64,000 nt of DNA from Dendrobates tinctorius (taxonomy: Eukaryota): positions 1,426,001-1,490,000 of the forward strand of contig NW_027361834.1 of the NCBI RefSeq assembly GCF_039654945.1, in the 5' to 3' direction. Positions 12,281 through 24,315 of the stretch are shown in pieces. The translations under genes were made by a program, and so were the position numbers. Every line of letters starts with the position of its first letter. Position 1 is the first letter of the stretch. The notes under the pieces are model-generated. The model saw nothing but the letters and a program-made list of their open reading frames with translations. It was not told where the DNA came from and searched no databases.

Positions 12281-14620
12281 TCACTGCTGTTCAGGCTTCC
12301 CATCACCAGCACAGGAGTATTGCCAGTGCACGGCACCTTCTGGACTCATAAAATAGTCAGTAAAGGTTTCTCTCACACGCACACCCGAGTTGGATGCTCT
12401 TCCCACATGGCGCGCTGGATTACATTGTGGCTGCTGGTACTCCACATCTACCTCGGAGCTGTACTCACGAGCGTAGTTGTGGAGTACACAGCATGCTTTA
12501 ATCACGGCGTCAATGGTGTCTGGATCCAACTGGATGGCAGTGTGAAAGATCCTCCACTGACTAGTCATGATCCCAAAGGTGCATTCCACATATCTTCGTG
12601 CACGACTCAGCCGATAATTAAAAATCCTCCGCTGGGCATTCAGTCCCCTTCGTGGGTATGGGCGCAGCAGGGTGGTCATTAATGGAAAGGCCTCATCCGA
12701 TACCATCACAAAGGGCACTGGATGTGTGGAACCCGGCAAAGATCTTGGGGCTGGGAGTGTTCCGCCATCTCGAAGAATTTGCTGTCCAACATGTGATGTT
12801 CGCAACACCCGAGAATCCCCAGTACTGCCATAAGCACCAACGTCGATGGCAACAAATTTGTAATGGGCATCAGCCACCGCCATCAGGACCACCGAAAAAT
12901 ACTTCTTATAATTAAAGAAGCGTGATCCTGATCGTGGTGGCTTCTGCACTCTTACATGTTTACCATCAACTGCACCTATGCAGTCTGGGAAACTGGCCAC
13001 AGACTGAAAGCCTGCTGCAACCTGCAGCCAAGTCTCCTCGGTCGGGGAAGGCATCACCATGGGCTGCAACTTCTGCCAGATGACGTCACATGTGCACCTC
13101 ACAATTTGAGAGATGGTGGATTTACCAACTCTAAATTGGAGGTGTAGGGATGTATAGCTCTCTCCTGTGGCCAAATACCTGAAAAGAAAAAAAAAAATTA
13201 GAAAAGTCACACAAAAATGTCCTGTAACCTGTCAGCATGTATGGCCGCTATAGATGCCTAAACCGCCTTTCATGTCTTCTATGAAGTATTCTATGTTGTC
13301 GCTAACAACACGGTGTAAAAATAAAGCTGGAAAGAAACACAGTGACATGTACATAGACCCATTAATTAGAGTGTGTCTACCTGTGTCAGTGTCTCCGTTA
13401 CATGTTCAAAATTTAATAACCCGTGCCCGATACACTGATGTGTGAAAGGAGCGTAATGACATTCAAACCGAAAATTAGTTACTTACCGCAAGGTGATGAG
13501 CAGCCTTTCCTCAGCAGTGATGGCCATCCTCATGACCGTATCAGCAAATGTAATATGAGGACCCAAGATTTCAAGCAGATGATCAAAGGCGGTGATTGCA
13601 AGCCGGCAGAAGGACACAAACTTGTCCGGATATCTGGAAAGTAAACAAAAAAAAATGGTTAGTTAATGATTATAGACATTTTACATTGTAAAATTGCTTG
13701 CCATATTTGGCAACTTACCTCCTCAAATCATTATAAAGAACGTTAAAATGCCCTTTGTGGGTTCTGTCCACTAAGAGTGGGTGCACCCAAAATTTACGCC
13801 CTTGCTTTCTCCTTCTGCGCTGAGCCTGAAATAAAAATATACTTTTAGTACACAGCACACTCAAAAAACAAAGACATGTGAACAATTTTATGATTCATAA
13901 CCCTAATCCCCAAAATAGTCTTAATCAAAAACATATTCTAAAATCTGATTTCCCAAAAAACACCAATCCGAAATCTATTCATAATCCAAACAATAATAAC
14001 AAACCTAACCAAACCACAACCATTATCCAAAACCCAACCATAACCCTAATCCCATACGCAATCCATAATCCCATACCCAATCCAAAATCTATTAATAATC
14101 AAAACAATAATCAATAACCTAACCCAATCACAACCCTCCAAAACCCAACCATAACCTAATCCCATACGCAATCCATAATCCCATACCCAATTCAAAGTCT
14201 ATTAATAAACAAAACAATAATCAATAACCTAACCCAATCACAACCCTCCAAAACCCAACCATAACCTAATCCCATACCCGATCCATAATACCATACCCAA
14301 TCCCAAGTCTATATTATCCAAACACTAATCAATAACCTAACCCAATCACAAGCCTAATCCAAATGCAAACCAACCCTATTCCCAACAAACCCCAATCCTC
14401 TCTATTATCTAATCCCAAACATAATCACGGTCCTTATCCAAAAAAATAGCAACCCTAACGTTATCAAACCCAAATCTATTACCTGCTCTCTGTGCTGCAT
14501 CAGGATTTGCAGCAAACACCTCAGCATGAGGATTTTGAAGGGCCTGCGGACCGTTTGGCGCTGCACGCTGTAATCTTCATCCTGCTGGGCACTCTGCTGC
14601 TCATTTCTGTCACTCATCAT
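12281..14620 (-). CDS. PIF/Harbinger DDE transposase (HARBI1-like family), join(14620-14483,13825-13719,13633-13487,13178-12281), 429 aa, uninterrupted
   Basis: 138+107+147+898=1290 nt; GT-AG introns in phases 0,2,2; motifs FWVHP, EERLLITLRYLATG, IGAVDGKH, FNYKKYFS, VSDEAFPL, FNYRLSRARRYVECTFG. Confidence 0.93.
13890..14470 (-). repeat. Degenerate CCTAATCCC-type repeat with a 110-bp unit (about 3 copies) in transposase intron 1
   Basis: AACCCAACCATAAC recurs at 14031, 14142 and 14252. Confidence 0.8.
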
Positions 14621-16575
14621 TCTTTTTTTGCTAAAAGCAAAATGGAGGCTGGGGGCTTGGAGCAGGAAATGACATCACCTTTTTTTTTCCTTGAGTATAG
14701 TTTGTCAAACTTTATTTATATTCTTCTTTGAGAAAACCGCAGACAATTCTGCAAAAAAAAAACGCAGTAAAAACCGCAGCAAAACCGCACTTGCGGTTTC
14801 TGCCAAGAGGTGCGGTTTTTGCAAAACCAAAAACGCAGAAAAAATTCCTATGTGTGCACATAGCCTAAGGCTTGCCACTGACAGGCAATGACTACTAAAC
14901 TAATTCCCTATCACCATGCGTAATATCAGAGGGAAGGGGTTTCAAATGAGTCAGTCACCAGAGTCATACATCCGTCACCATTCACACATAGCAGTATAGT
15001 CTATACTAGCACATGGCGGAACGGCCATGCGCGCTTTTTATAGCTGTGCGGGACCTTCCAGATCTCCGAGATGGACCAATGAGATCTGGAACAGGACCTG
15101 GGCACATGACTCCCGATCTCCAATGGGAGATCGTCCCGTGAGCATGCCCAGTAGGAGCACAGAGGGACTTAGTCTCTGGAGCGGTCTGCTGCAAAGTAAT
15201 CTCCTCTGTAGTAGAAAGACAGCAGGAGACCGCAGAATGTGAGGCTCTAGATTCCTGCAGAGCAGACGCAGAAACCTGACGCCTAACACTACTAGGACAA
15301 CCTCTTCTCGATCTGAATGTTTGACGCCGATAAAATAAAAGCACTTACACTCCCCTCCCGTGCCAGTGCCGTTCCAGCAGTGTCTGCACTCGTGGTCCCG
15401 GGGCACTCGTGCGGTTGTTAGAACACATGAGCCTGGCACCCAATCAGCACTGGTGTCACTGTTTCTGCCTTCGGACAAATCGAACATCAAGAGGAAGTCA
15501 GAGATCAGCTGCAGCCCTGACTTCCTGTTGATGTTCAATTCTTCTGAAGGCGGGAACAGTGACGCCAGCGCTGATTGGGCGCAAGGGTCATAACAAACGC
15601 ACGAGAGTCCCAAAACCTTGAGCGCCGTCAAACCTGAAACAACGTCGACACAAGAGGTGAAGATAGGTGTTTTTATTTTATTTAATTTTCCTAGTAGTGG
15701 ACTACCCCTTTAAGGATTTTTTTTTTGCCTGGAGAGCAATTCAGACATTGGGTTTCTTTTTTTAAACTATTCATTTTTTTCTTGCTTCTTCTCGCTTTTG
15801 CTCTTTTTATTTATTTTACACATTATGCCTTTAGAGGCATTTCAACATATAAATACATTTAATTTCTTAATTCTCCTGTATAAGCGACGGGAATATCAGC
15901 CACATTTATAAAGCAAATTCAGCCCCCTGCCTGCACTTCAGAAACATAAAGCAACCAATGTCCCTGCAAAGTATTCATGGAAAGGGCAAATGGATGAAGC
16001 CTAGTACTGTAACACAGCGCTGTCTGTGCATGGAACAATAAGCCTGTGAGCAGCAGATGGGATGGAGGGCTGTACATGAGAATGGATGGGGAGCGCAGCC
16101 CTAGAGGTTTAGAGTCTGTACCTTTTTTGTCTCAAATCTCATACAGGGGCACACAGGTTACCTTTGTGCAATTCTGTACGAATCCAACACAAATAAATTA
16201 TTGTATGATACATTAGAATGATGTTGTATTATAAAAGGTATTCTCCCGTAATAGCAATGCTTCCAGAGAAAATCGAAGTGAATTTGGCCAGCAGGTTACT
16301 TATTCTGAAGCATTGCTTCTAGGTAAAAATATCTCCACAATACAGTGCTCTACGTAGGCACCAAGCAAGGGCACCTGAAGCTCCAAGCGCTACGAACAGA
16401 GCAAACGGAACCATACACCCACACATAATATTTTACTCCCTGGCCCTAAGAGTCCCTTCTTAATAAATGTTAATCATGAAAAGAATATGCCCAGAGACCA
16501 CAACGTTCTCCTAATGTCACCTAATGTCTACTAAAACATGGTCTTTCAGATACACCAAATGGACATTTACATATA

Positions 16576-18141
16576 CAGCGGGGAAAATAAGTATTTGATA
16601 CATTGCCGATTTTGCAAGTTTTCCCACCTATAAAGAATGGAGAGGTCTGTAATTTCTATCGTAGGTGCACTTCAACTGTGAGAGACAGAAGCTAAAAAAT
16701 AAAAAAACTGAAAATCACATTGTATGATTTTTACATAATTAGCATTTTATTGCATGAAATAATTATTTGATACAATGGAGAAACAGAACTTAATATTTGG
16801 TCCAGAAACCTTTGTTTGAAATTACAGAGGTCAGACATTTCCTGTAGTTCTTGACCAAGTTTGCACACACTGCAATACAGATCTTCTCCAGATCTTTGAG
16901 GTTTCAGGGCTGTCGCTGGGCAACGTTGAGTTTCAGCTCCATCCAAAGATTTTCTATTGGGTTCAGGTCTGGAGACTTTCTAGGCCACTCCAGGACCTTG
17001 AAATGCTGGTTACGAAGCCACTACTTAGTTGCCCTGCTGTGTGTTTTGGGTGAGAAGACCCAGCCACAACCCATCTTAAATGCTCTTACTGAGAGAAAGA
17101 GGTTGCTAAAATCTCATGATACATGATCCCATCCATCCTCCCTTCAATACGATGCAGTAGTCCGGATTACTTTGCAGAAAAGCACCCCAAAAGTATGAGG
17201 ATTCCCCCACCATGCTTCACAGTTGGGACGTTGTTCTTGGGGTTGTACTCATTCTTCTTCTTTCTCCAAACACAGCGAGTGGAGTTGATACCAAAACATT
17301 CTATTTTGGTCTCATCTGACCACAAGACCTTCTCCCATGCCTCCTCTGGATCATACAGATGGTCAATGGCGAACTTCAAATGGGCCTGGACATGTGCTGG
17401 TGTGAGCAGAGGGACCTTGCGTGCCTTGCAGGATTTTAATCCATGATGTATTGTGTTACTAACGGTAATGTTTGAGACTGTTGTCTCAGCTCTCTTCAGT
17501 CTTCAGGTCATTGACCAGGTCCTCCCGTGTAGTTCTGGGATGATTTCTGACCGTTCTCAGAATCATCCTTACCCCACAATGCGAGATTTTGAAGCCCCAG
17601 ATTGAGGAAGATTGACAGTAATCTTGAGTTTCTTCTATTTTCTAATAATTGCGCCAACAGTTGTTGCCTTCTCACCAAGCTGTTTGCTTATTGTCTTGTA
17701 GCCCATCCCAGCCTTGTGCAGGTCTACAATTTTGTCCCTGGTGTCCTTACACAGTTCTTTGGTCTTGGCCATGGTGGATAGGTTGGCTTGTGATTGTGTG
17801 GACAGGTGTCTATAATACAGTTAACGATTTCAAACAGGTGCAGCTAATACTGGTAATGAGTGCAGAGTAGGAAGGCTTCTTAAAGAAAAACTAACAGGTC
17901 TGTGAGAGCCAGAATCCTTGCATACTGCATATTGGTAGGTGATCAAATACTTATTTCAAGCAATAAAATGCAATTTAATCATTTAAAAATTATACAATGT
18001 GATTATCTGGTTCTTATTTTTAGATTCTGGCTCTCACAGTTGAAGTGTACCTACGATAAAAATTACAGACCTCTCCATTCTTTATAGAGGTGGGAAAATG
18101 TTCAAAATTGGCAGTGTATCAAATACTTATTTTCTCCAGTG
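16576..18141 (-). mobile_element. Full-length decayed Tc1-like transposon (IR-DR type); pseudo-transposase at about 17772-16790
   Basis: TA flanks; long TIRs CA(G/C)..G.GAAAATAAGTATTTGATAC; [44 protein letters not shown]; several frameshifts. Confidence 0.92.
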
Positions 18142-19749
18142 TAGTGCTTGCTGGATTTGAGTAAACTCTATCCAGATATAACAAAAGCAGCACCATGGAT
18201 AATATTTTTCTAAATCTCATCCAAAGGAATAATCTGCAGCATAAATTGACCTGTCAATTTAGGCAGCAAATTTTCACCGTAGATTACACCTTATGCAAAC
18301 AGTAACATTTGCAGCTTTTCCGGATCAAAAATAACATAATTTTGGGTGGTTTTGTACACTGATTATTTTGCTGCGGATGTCCCGTGTGTAAATACACTTA
18401 CTTTTGAAGGGTCTTTACAGGTCAGACATGGCAGTGACAGTGGTTTATAGGTGACAGGGTCAATAAATCACCTTGTGACCATACACCTTAGATCGCTGTC
18501 AGCCAGATTACCTTCCGGCTGATAGCCATCTCTCCTGACTCTACCATACACTTGAATGCTAGAAACAAATGTTACTTTTAGATTCATTTACAACAGTTTA
18601 CAGATGAAAATACATCAATCTGGATCCAGATCCATCATTAATGGCATCTTGCAATCCTGATGAAGAGTCTGAGGGGTGCACCAAATCCATTGTGAGGCAT
18701 GTGCCAGAGTAAGAAATACGCTCCGGTCATGGATTGGAGTACGTTCCTGTTGGAGCTGACCAGACGTGTCGTAAAAACGTCAAAAGGCACAAAATATTTA
18801 CACGACTATGATTGACACAAACATTCTGCGACATTTCAAATGAATTTATGCCAGAATTCTGGAGAAAACTAATGAATTATGGCCATTGTGTTTAGGTTTT
18901 ATGGAGCCAATTGCTGACCTTTATCGGACACGTCTGAATCAGGGTTCACAACTTGATTTTTTTTTCCTGGACCACTTATGAAAAAACACACTGAAAAACC
19001 ATAACACATAAAGAGGTCAGTTGCTAGAAGTCTACGGCCCATCATTCTGATAAGAAGACATGTTCTCCATTCACCGGGAACAGAAAAATGATAATAAAAG
19101 ATTGTGCACAGAATGATTTTAAAACTATGAGCGCTATCCGTGGTTTTCAGTCAGCACTTGTACCCATCATATTCTATGGGGCCGTGCACATGTCCGATTT
19201 TTTTCTTCGGACCGATGAAAAAATCTGAGACATGTCCAATTTTGAGTGTCGGATGAAAATAGGCAATAAAGTCTATGGGTCGATGAAAATCGGACTGCAC
19301 TCGGATCACATCTGTCTGGACCGGCGCTGGCTGAGCGGGGCCGACGTTGGTGCCGCTCCGGATACTTGCTGACGTACAACCAGCGTTATTTCCTAAACTC
19401 TTAATAGAAAATATGAATAAACTTTTTCTTTCTTTTGGAAGATTATTTTCCACATTTTCCTTGTAACTTGACTTATTCTGCATTATATACCAAGGAATGG
19501 TCTCCGACTTCACCGTCACAGGGCAATAATCGCCATATAACCTGGGGGGCTAGTTTTGTGGGGTCTTTTCCTCACAATTTCTAATGACTGACCACAAATA
19601 TCTACAACATTAAAAAAAATGACAAAACAGAAACAATGAACTAAATGATATAGTAATAATTAATGATAAACCGGAAAACACAGGCTGGCTATAATGGCGC
19701 TATGTGCCCTGTAATGTGCGGTCAGGGCCTGCTTATTACTGCAGATTAT

Positions 19750-20260
19750 GGGATTACTGTGCACTGCTGTATATAGAGGTGTATACAGTCTGAGAGGCAT
19801 GGAGGACACACGGAGGGCGAGCCACCCACACCCCCCTCACAGCCGCCTGTAGTGGTACACGACCGGGCAGCAGTCATATATGCACACATACATTCCCGGA
19901 TGTACCATCTGTCACCGGGGGAGCGCACCTGCTGCCCGCAAGCCTCGGTCACACATCCATCCCGAGCTGCGTGCAATGTATCACGTAGGGTCCCCCCGCA
20001 CAGTGACTTTCCCGCGTCCTGCCCCTCACAGCCGGTACTCACCTGCATCCAGGCCGGACACCGAGCGCACAGCGCAGGGATGGAGAGACTCCAGTGACCG
20101 AGCTGCAGGCGCCGCCCCGCAGTCAGAGCTGTGTGGAGCACTGGCGGCCGGGCCGTGTAATGCACGTACTGGAGCGGCCACTGGAGTCACGTCCTGGTGC
20201 TGTGCAGATGTGCTCCGTGGGGCTTAGCCCTGGAAGAGAGTGTCGACCCCATAACACAGA
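19750..20260 (-). promoter_or_regulatory. CpG-rich promoter and probable first exon (donor after 20043) of a minus-strand gene, likely SCRN1
   Basis: GC/CpG-rich, non-repetitive; consensus donor CAG|GTGAGT on the minus strand; the name rests only on vertebrate synteny SCRN1-FKBP14-PLEKHA8. Confidence 0.55.
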
Positions 20261-20925
20261 CACCGAATGGAGCTCGGTGTATATCAGGGAGATCTATACT
20301 GAAGGGACATGGCCCCTATAGAAATGATACCAGTAATATACATTGTAGTGGCTGTGTAATAGACATTTAATCCTTATGCAAATGAGGGGGCAGCTAGCTC
20401 TATGTACCAGTACACCGTGCCTGTAATGAAGAAAAATACAATGCACATTCAAGTACTGAAAATTCTCCTATACGTCACAGTAGCTATTGCTGCTGCCTTC
20501 AGTGCTAAAGATTGGGAGTTCAAATCCCAGAAAGACCAGACTTTAACAAAAGAGAAGAATAGGGTCATTCAACAAATGTACGTCTGTACAGAGCAGAGAG
20601 ATGCATAGCATTATAGCTACAGGAAGCCTTTTTCGGCGCTTTCTCCACAACTCAAGTGACATGATGACATCATTGTGCCAAATTTTTTCATTTTAAAGTA
20701 GGTGCACATGGTCAGGAATCGGCAACGCTTTGGACGCACCACATGTACGCTGATGTGGAATCACCTGTGTTCATTGAACCGTGCAGATTCACCGCGTCCA
20801 ATATATTGTATGGGTGACATTTATCTTGTGGGGACTCACATCCCCGCCAGATAGACATGTTACAGTCTGGAAAGACGCGCCGCATGTCCGTCTCCGCGGG
20901 TGAGCCGCGTGCGTCTGTGCATGCA

Positions 20926-21037
20926 TAGAATCATAGAATGGTAGAGTTGGAAGGGACCTCCTGGGCCATCTGGTCCAACCCCCTGCTCAAAGCAGGATTC
21001 GCTAAATCATCCCAGTTAGATGTCTGTCCAGCCTCTT
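20926..21037 (-). mobile_element. Extremely 5'-truncated CR1 3' end
   Basis: Nearly identical to 56454-56565, including the (ATTCTATG)n tail. Confidence 0.9.
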
Positions 21038-21083
21038 TCTTGAAATCCCATACACTATGCTGTAACATCTGAACGCTGCGGAA

Positions 21084-21482
21084 GGGCAGTTTCACACGTC
21101 AGTATCTCTGGTACGTGTAGTGAGTTTTCTCACGTACCGGAGACACTGACACACGTAGACACATTCAAATGAATGTGTCTATGCAGATGTCAGTGTGTTT
21201 TCACGGACCGTGAGTCCGTGTGCAAAACACACTGCCATGTCTGTTTTTGTGCAACAGCACGGATCACACAGACCCATACAAGTCAATGGGTCCGTGTGCG
21301 ATCCATGTGCATTTTTAAAAGTCAAAGGGTTAACATTGAAAATAATTTTTCAAAAACACAGACAGCATACGGATGGTACACATGGACATACGGATAGCAC
21401 ACAGATGTCATACGTATGCACACGGACAGCTCCAGTACCGGTTTTTCCGGTACCGGAATTATCTGCACGTGTGAAACTGCCG
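21084..21482. mobile_element. Harbinger-type MITE
   Basis: TIR GGCAGTTTCACACGT; flanked by duplicated (G)GAA. Confidence 0.8.
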
Positions 21483-21865
21483 GAAGTACGCAACGTCCAA
21501 CCCGTAGGATTTACTGACCGTGTGCATCTACCCTAACAGGCAATGCTGTTGAGGAAAGTGGAGCTGCAGAAGATCTTCTGGACAATAGAGTATTTTTTTA
21601 TACAGTGAAGAGAGCATCATGGGGTGGGTTTGGGAGAAAAATAACACACAGGACAGGAACTTGCAATGAATTGGGAAAATGACACAGGACAGGGACTGAT
21701 AATGAGTTGGGGATGAGGTGCACAATGTCTAATTAATTTATATTTTTATTCGGTTGGGGAAATGTTGGTGCTTATAATTAATAGGAGTCCACAGTGCTGA
21801 AGTAATTTACTATTTTGAGTGATAATGTCTGCAAAGTGCTACAGAATATGATGGCGCTATATAAA

Positions 21866-22247
21866 GTGGTCTGAAAAAGGGTTTGCCCTCTCCTGATTTC
21901 CTATTGTTTTGCATGTTTATTACACTTAAATGTTTTGGGTGATCAAACAAATTTAAATACTAGACAAAGCTAACACAAGTAAACACAAAATGTTTTTAAA
22001 TGAAGGCCTTTATCATTAATGGAAAAAATAAATCCAAATCTACAGGGCCTGTGGGAAAAAGTGATTGCCCCCCATTTAAAACATAAATTAACTGTAGTTT
22101 ATCACCTCTTTGGGAAGCCGAGTCAAAATTCCCTTGGCACACTCAGGCCTGATTATTGCCACTCCTGTTCTCAATCAAAAAATCACTTACATAGGACCTG
22201 CCTGACAAAGTGAAGTAGACCAAAAGATTCTCAAGGGCTAGACATCT
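21866..22247 (+). mobile_element. Left end of a Tc1-like element (no coding region)
   Basis: GTGGTCTGAAAAAGGGTTTGCCC with inner repeat GTGGGAAAAAGTGATTGCCCC. Confidence 0.55.
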
Positions 22248-23204
22248 ATGTACTGAAATGATAGTAACCAGAACACGGAATATAAATAGACATTTTCAAA
22301 CTATTCCCAGCTCTTGAAAAAAAAAAGTGAGTATGAAAGGAAGGAATACATTTCCAGGCAGCTACTCCTTTATCAGAGCCAATCTAATTCCATCCTTAAA
22401 TTTTAAAAGGCTCAACAAATTTAACATCTGCAAGTTTGAGCATTGCTCACTCCATAGCTCAGCATGGAAAAGCTCTCAGTGAGGGAGAATTTATTAAGAT
22501 GTTTATCAGTTCTATTTCACGATATGCAGAATAAAGATGCAATTAAGAGAATATCTTACATTGGGAATCTTGTGTCACTCAACTGTTTGTCATCACGTGA
22601 CGACTTGTATGTGATTTGCGTAACAGTCACGTGTCAACTTATTTCTCTTCCTGTTTCTCTCACTTATCCATTACATACTGTTAGGATTACCAATATTAGA
22701 TTATCTGCCTAATTTAACATTTACTTGTAGGAGAAGCTGTCCAAATTATCCCCAGAAACTCAAAACTTGGCAAAAACTTGAAGCTTCCACTTAAAAAACG
22801 ACTGACGATTAATCAAAGTGTTTTAGGGAGAAAACTAAAGTAAAACACTTTGTGCAACGAGGAGTTGTGCAAAAAAAGTGGTGTCTTTTGATGGTTTCAT
22901 GCCAGTTTGAAGCAGCTCTTCATGATTAGGTGGAGCTGGGGAGGAGTCAGAGAGTAAAAGGCAGAGCTACTCCAAATTCAGCAAAATTGTCAGCATCCAG
23001 AGACAAACATTATTGAGAAGATGCAACAAATTCATTAACTGGTGTGTGTCTCTTAATGAATTTGCGAGCCCTTCATGAAGCTGACAGTCCATTGATGTAC
23101 GAGGCCAGATGACCTGATTGTCCCAACCTGGATTCTGGGTTCAGTGGTCAATGAAGCAGTTCTGTATTTCTTCAGTTGGAGCCATGATGCCATGTCTTCT
23201 GTAA

Positions 23205-23366
23205 GACCAGGGTCACACATGCGAGAAACTCACACGAGTCTCGTATTTCAATAACCCGGCAAGTAGAAATACAGGCAGCTGAGCGATCCGGTCCCAAATA
23301 CCGGCAGCAGTGCCGGGTATTGAGATGCGAAACTCGTGCGAGTTTCTCGCTTGTGTGACCCCGACC
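23205..23366. mobile_element. Harbinger-type MITE
   Basis: TIR GGGTCACACA.GCGAGAAACTC; TAA TSD. Confidence 0.8.
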
Positions 23367-23599
23367 TAATGTAGAGTCCCTCTAAACACAGGCAGATCCT
23401 CCTTTCTTATAGGTCACAACTTCTCATTCAGGCATTCCTCCACAGGCTTGGGGGAAGGAGACCATTCCTCACTGCTGGAGTGTTCAAGCAACATGAATTG
23501 ATTGTCCTTCATATTTGCAGAGCATCAATGGGTCATCAATATATTAACAAACGTTGCGGTTTTGCTTCCCAAAAGGTAGAACAATTCTAGGACTGCAAT

Positions 23600-23870
23600 A
23601 CTCTGGGGGGGGGGGGCTGCATTGTACCTTAGGAAGGGGTACATTATTCTATGGGGGGTTGCATTATACTCTGAGGGGGCTACATTATATTCTGTGGAGA
23701 GCTGCATTTTACCCTATGAGGTGGCTGCTTTATATTGTGTGGGGGGGCTGCATTATATTCTATGGGTGGTTGTACTATACCCTATGAGGGGGCCAACATT
23801 ATACTCTGTGATGGGGGCTACATTATATTCTTTAGGGGGCTGCATTATATACTATGAGGGGGGCTACCCC
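23600..23870. repeat. Degenerate 22-24 bp minisatellite (GGGGGCTGCATTATATTCTATG)
   Basis: Read directly from the sequence. Confidence 0.75.
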
Positions 23871-23890
23871 ATCCCCTGCTATTTCATTAA

Positions 23891-24315
23891 GGCTACTTGC
23901 ACACTTGCGTTATCAGGCGCAGCGCTCGGCCGCCGCTAAGCTCTGCCCGGCTGCGCCCCCTCCGGTCAGCTCCTCCTATGGGCCCATGACGCTGCATGCG
24001 ACCAGCGTACCCTATATTTAGCGTTGGGTACGCTGGCATGGTTTTGCCGGAGCATATGCCCTTTTTGCGCTGCGCCGATGTGCACCAAACGCACCATGTT
24101 GCATTTTTGTGCGTTTGGCTCAGCGCAAAAAGGGCGTATGCTCCGGCAAAACCATACCAGTGCACGACCAGCGTACCCAATGGTAAATATAGGGTACGCT
24201 GGTCGCACGCAGCATCATGCGCCCATAGGAGGAGCTAACCGGAAGGGGCGCGGCCGGGGGCGGAGTTTAGCGGCGGCCGAGCGCTGAGCCTGATAGCGCA
24301 AGTGTGCAAGTAGCC
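23891..24315. mobile_element. Almost fully palindromic Harbinger-type MITE
   Basis: TIR GGCTACTTGCACACTTGCG; TAA and CAA flanks; related to 51643-52084. Confidence 0.85.

Larger units (their letters stand above)
5427..14865. mobile_element. PIF/Harbinger DNA transposon, full length, two convergent spliced genes
   Basis: TIRs GGGTATGTGCACA and TGTGCACATAGCC (12/13 match); TAA TSD at 5424-5426 and 14866-14868; subterminal TGCGG/CCGCA repeats; transposase plus MADF gene. Confidence 0.93.
4973..15288 (-). mobile_element. Solo LTR (about 874 bp net; pieces 4973-5426 and 14869-15288)
   Basis: TGTTAGG...CCTAACA termini; 5-bp TSD CTACT at 4968-4972 and 15289-15293; strand inferred only from a minus-strand TATAAAA near 15040. 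Confidence 0.85.
4956..15709. mobile_element. T2/Kolobok-type MITE (about 433 bp net), split by nested insertions
   Basis: TTAA flanks; TIRs AGGGATTGTCCACTACT and AGTAGTGGACTACCCCT. Confidence 0.85.
20696..21533. mobile_element. Harbinger-type MITE hosting a CR1 tail and a second MITE
   Basis: TIR GTAG(G/A)TGCACA(T/C)GGTCAG; TTA and TAA flanks. Confidence 0.7.

Noticed and set aside
12281-13210. Domesticated host gene HARBI1 or ALP1-like
   Set aside because: It is flanked by TIRs and a TSD, paired with a MADF gene and nested in other transposons, so it is a transposon gene; the ORF-track start lies in an intron
23893-24287. Mirror-image ORFs on both strands (also 30717-31194 and 51635-52029)
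   Set aside because: A consequence of GC-rich palindromic MITEs, not genes
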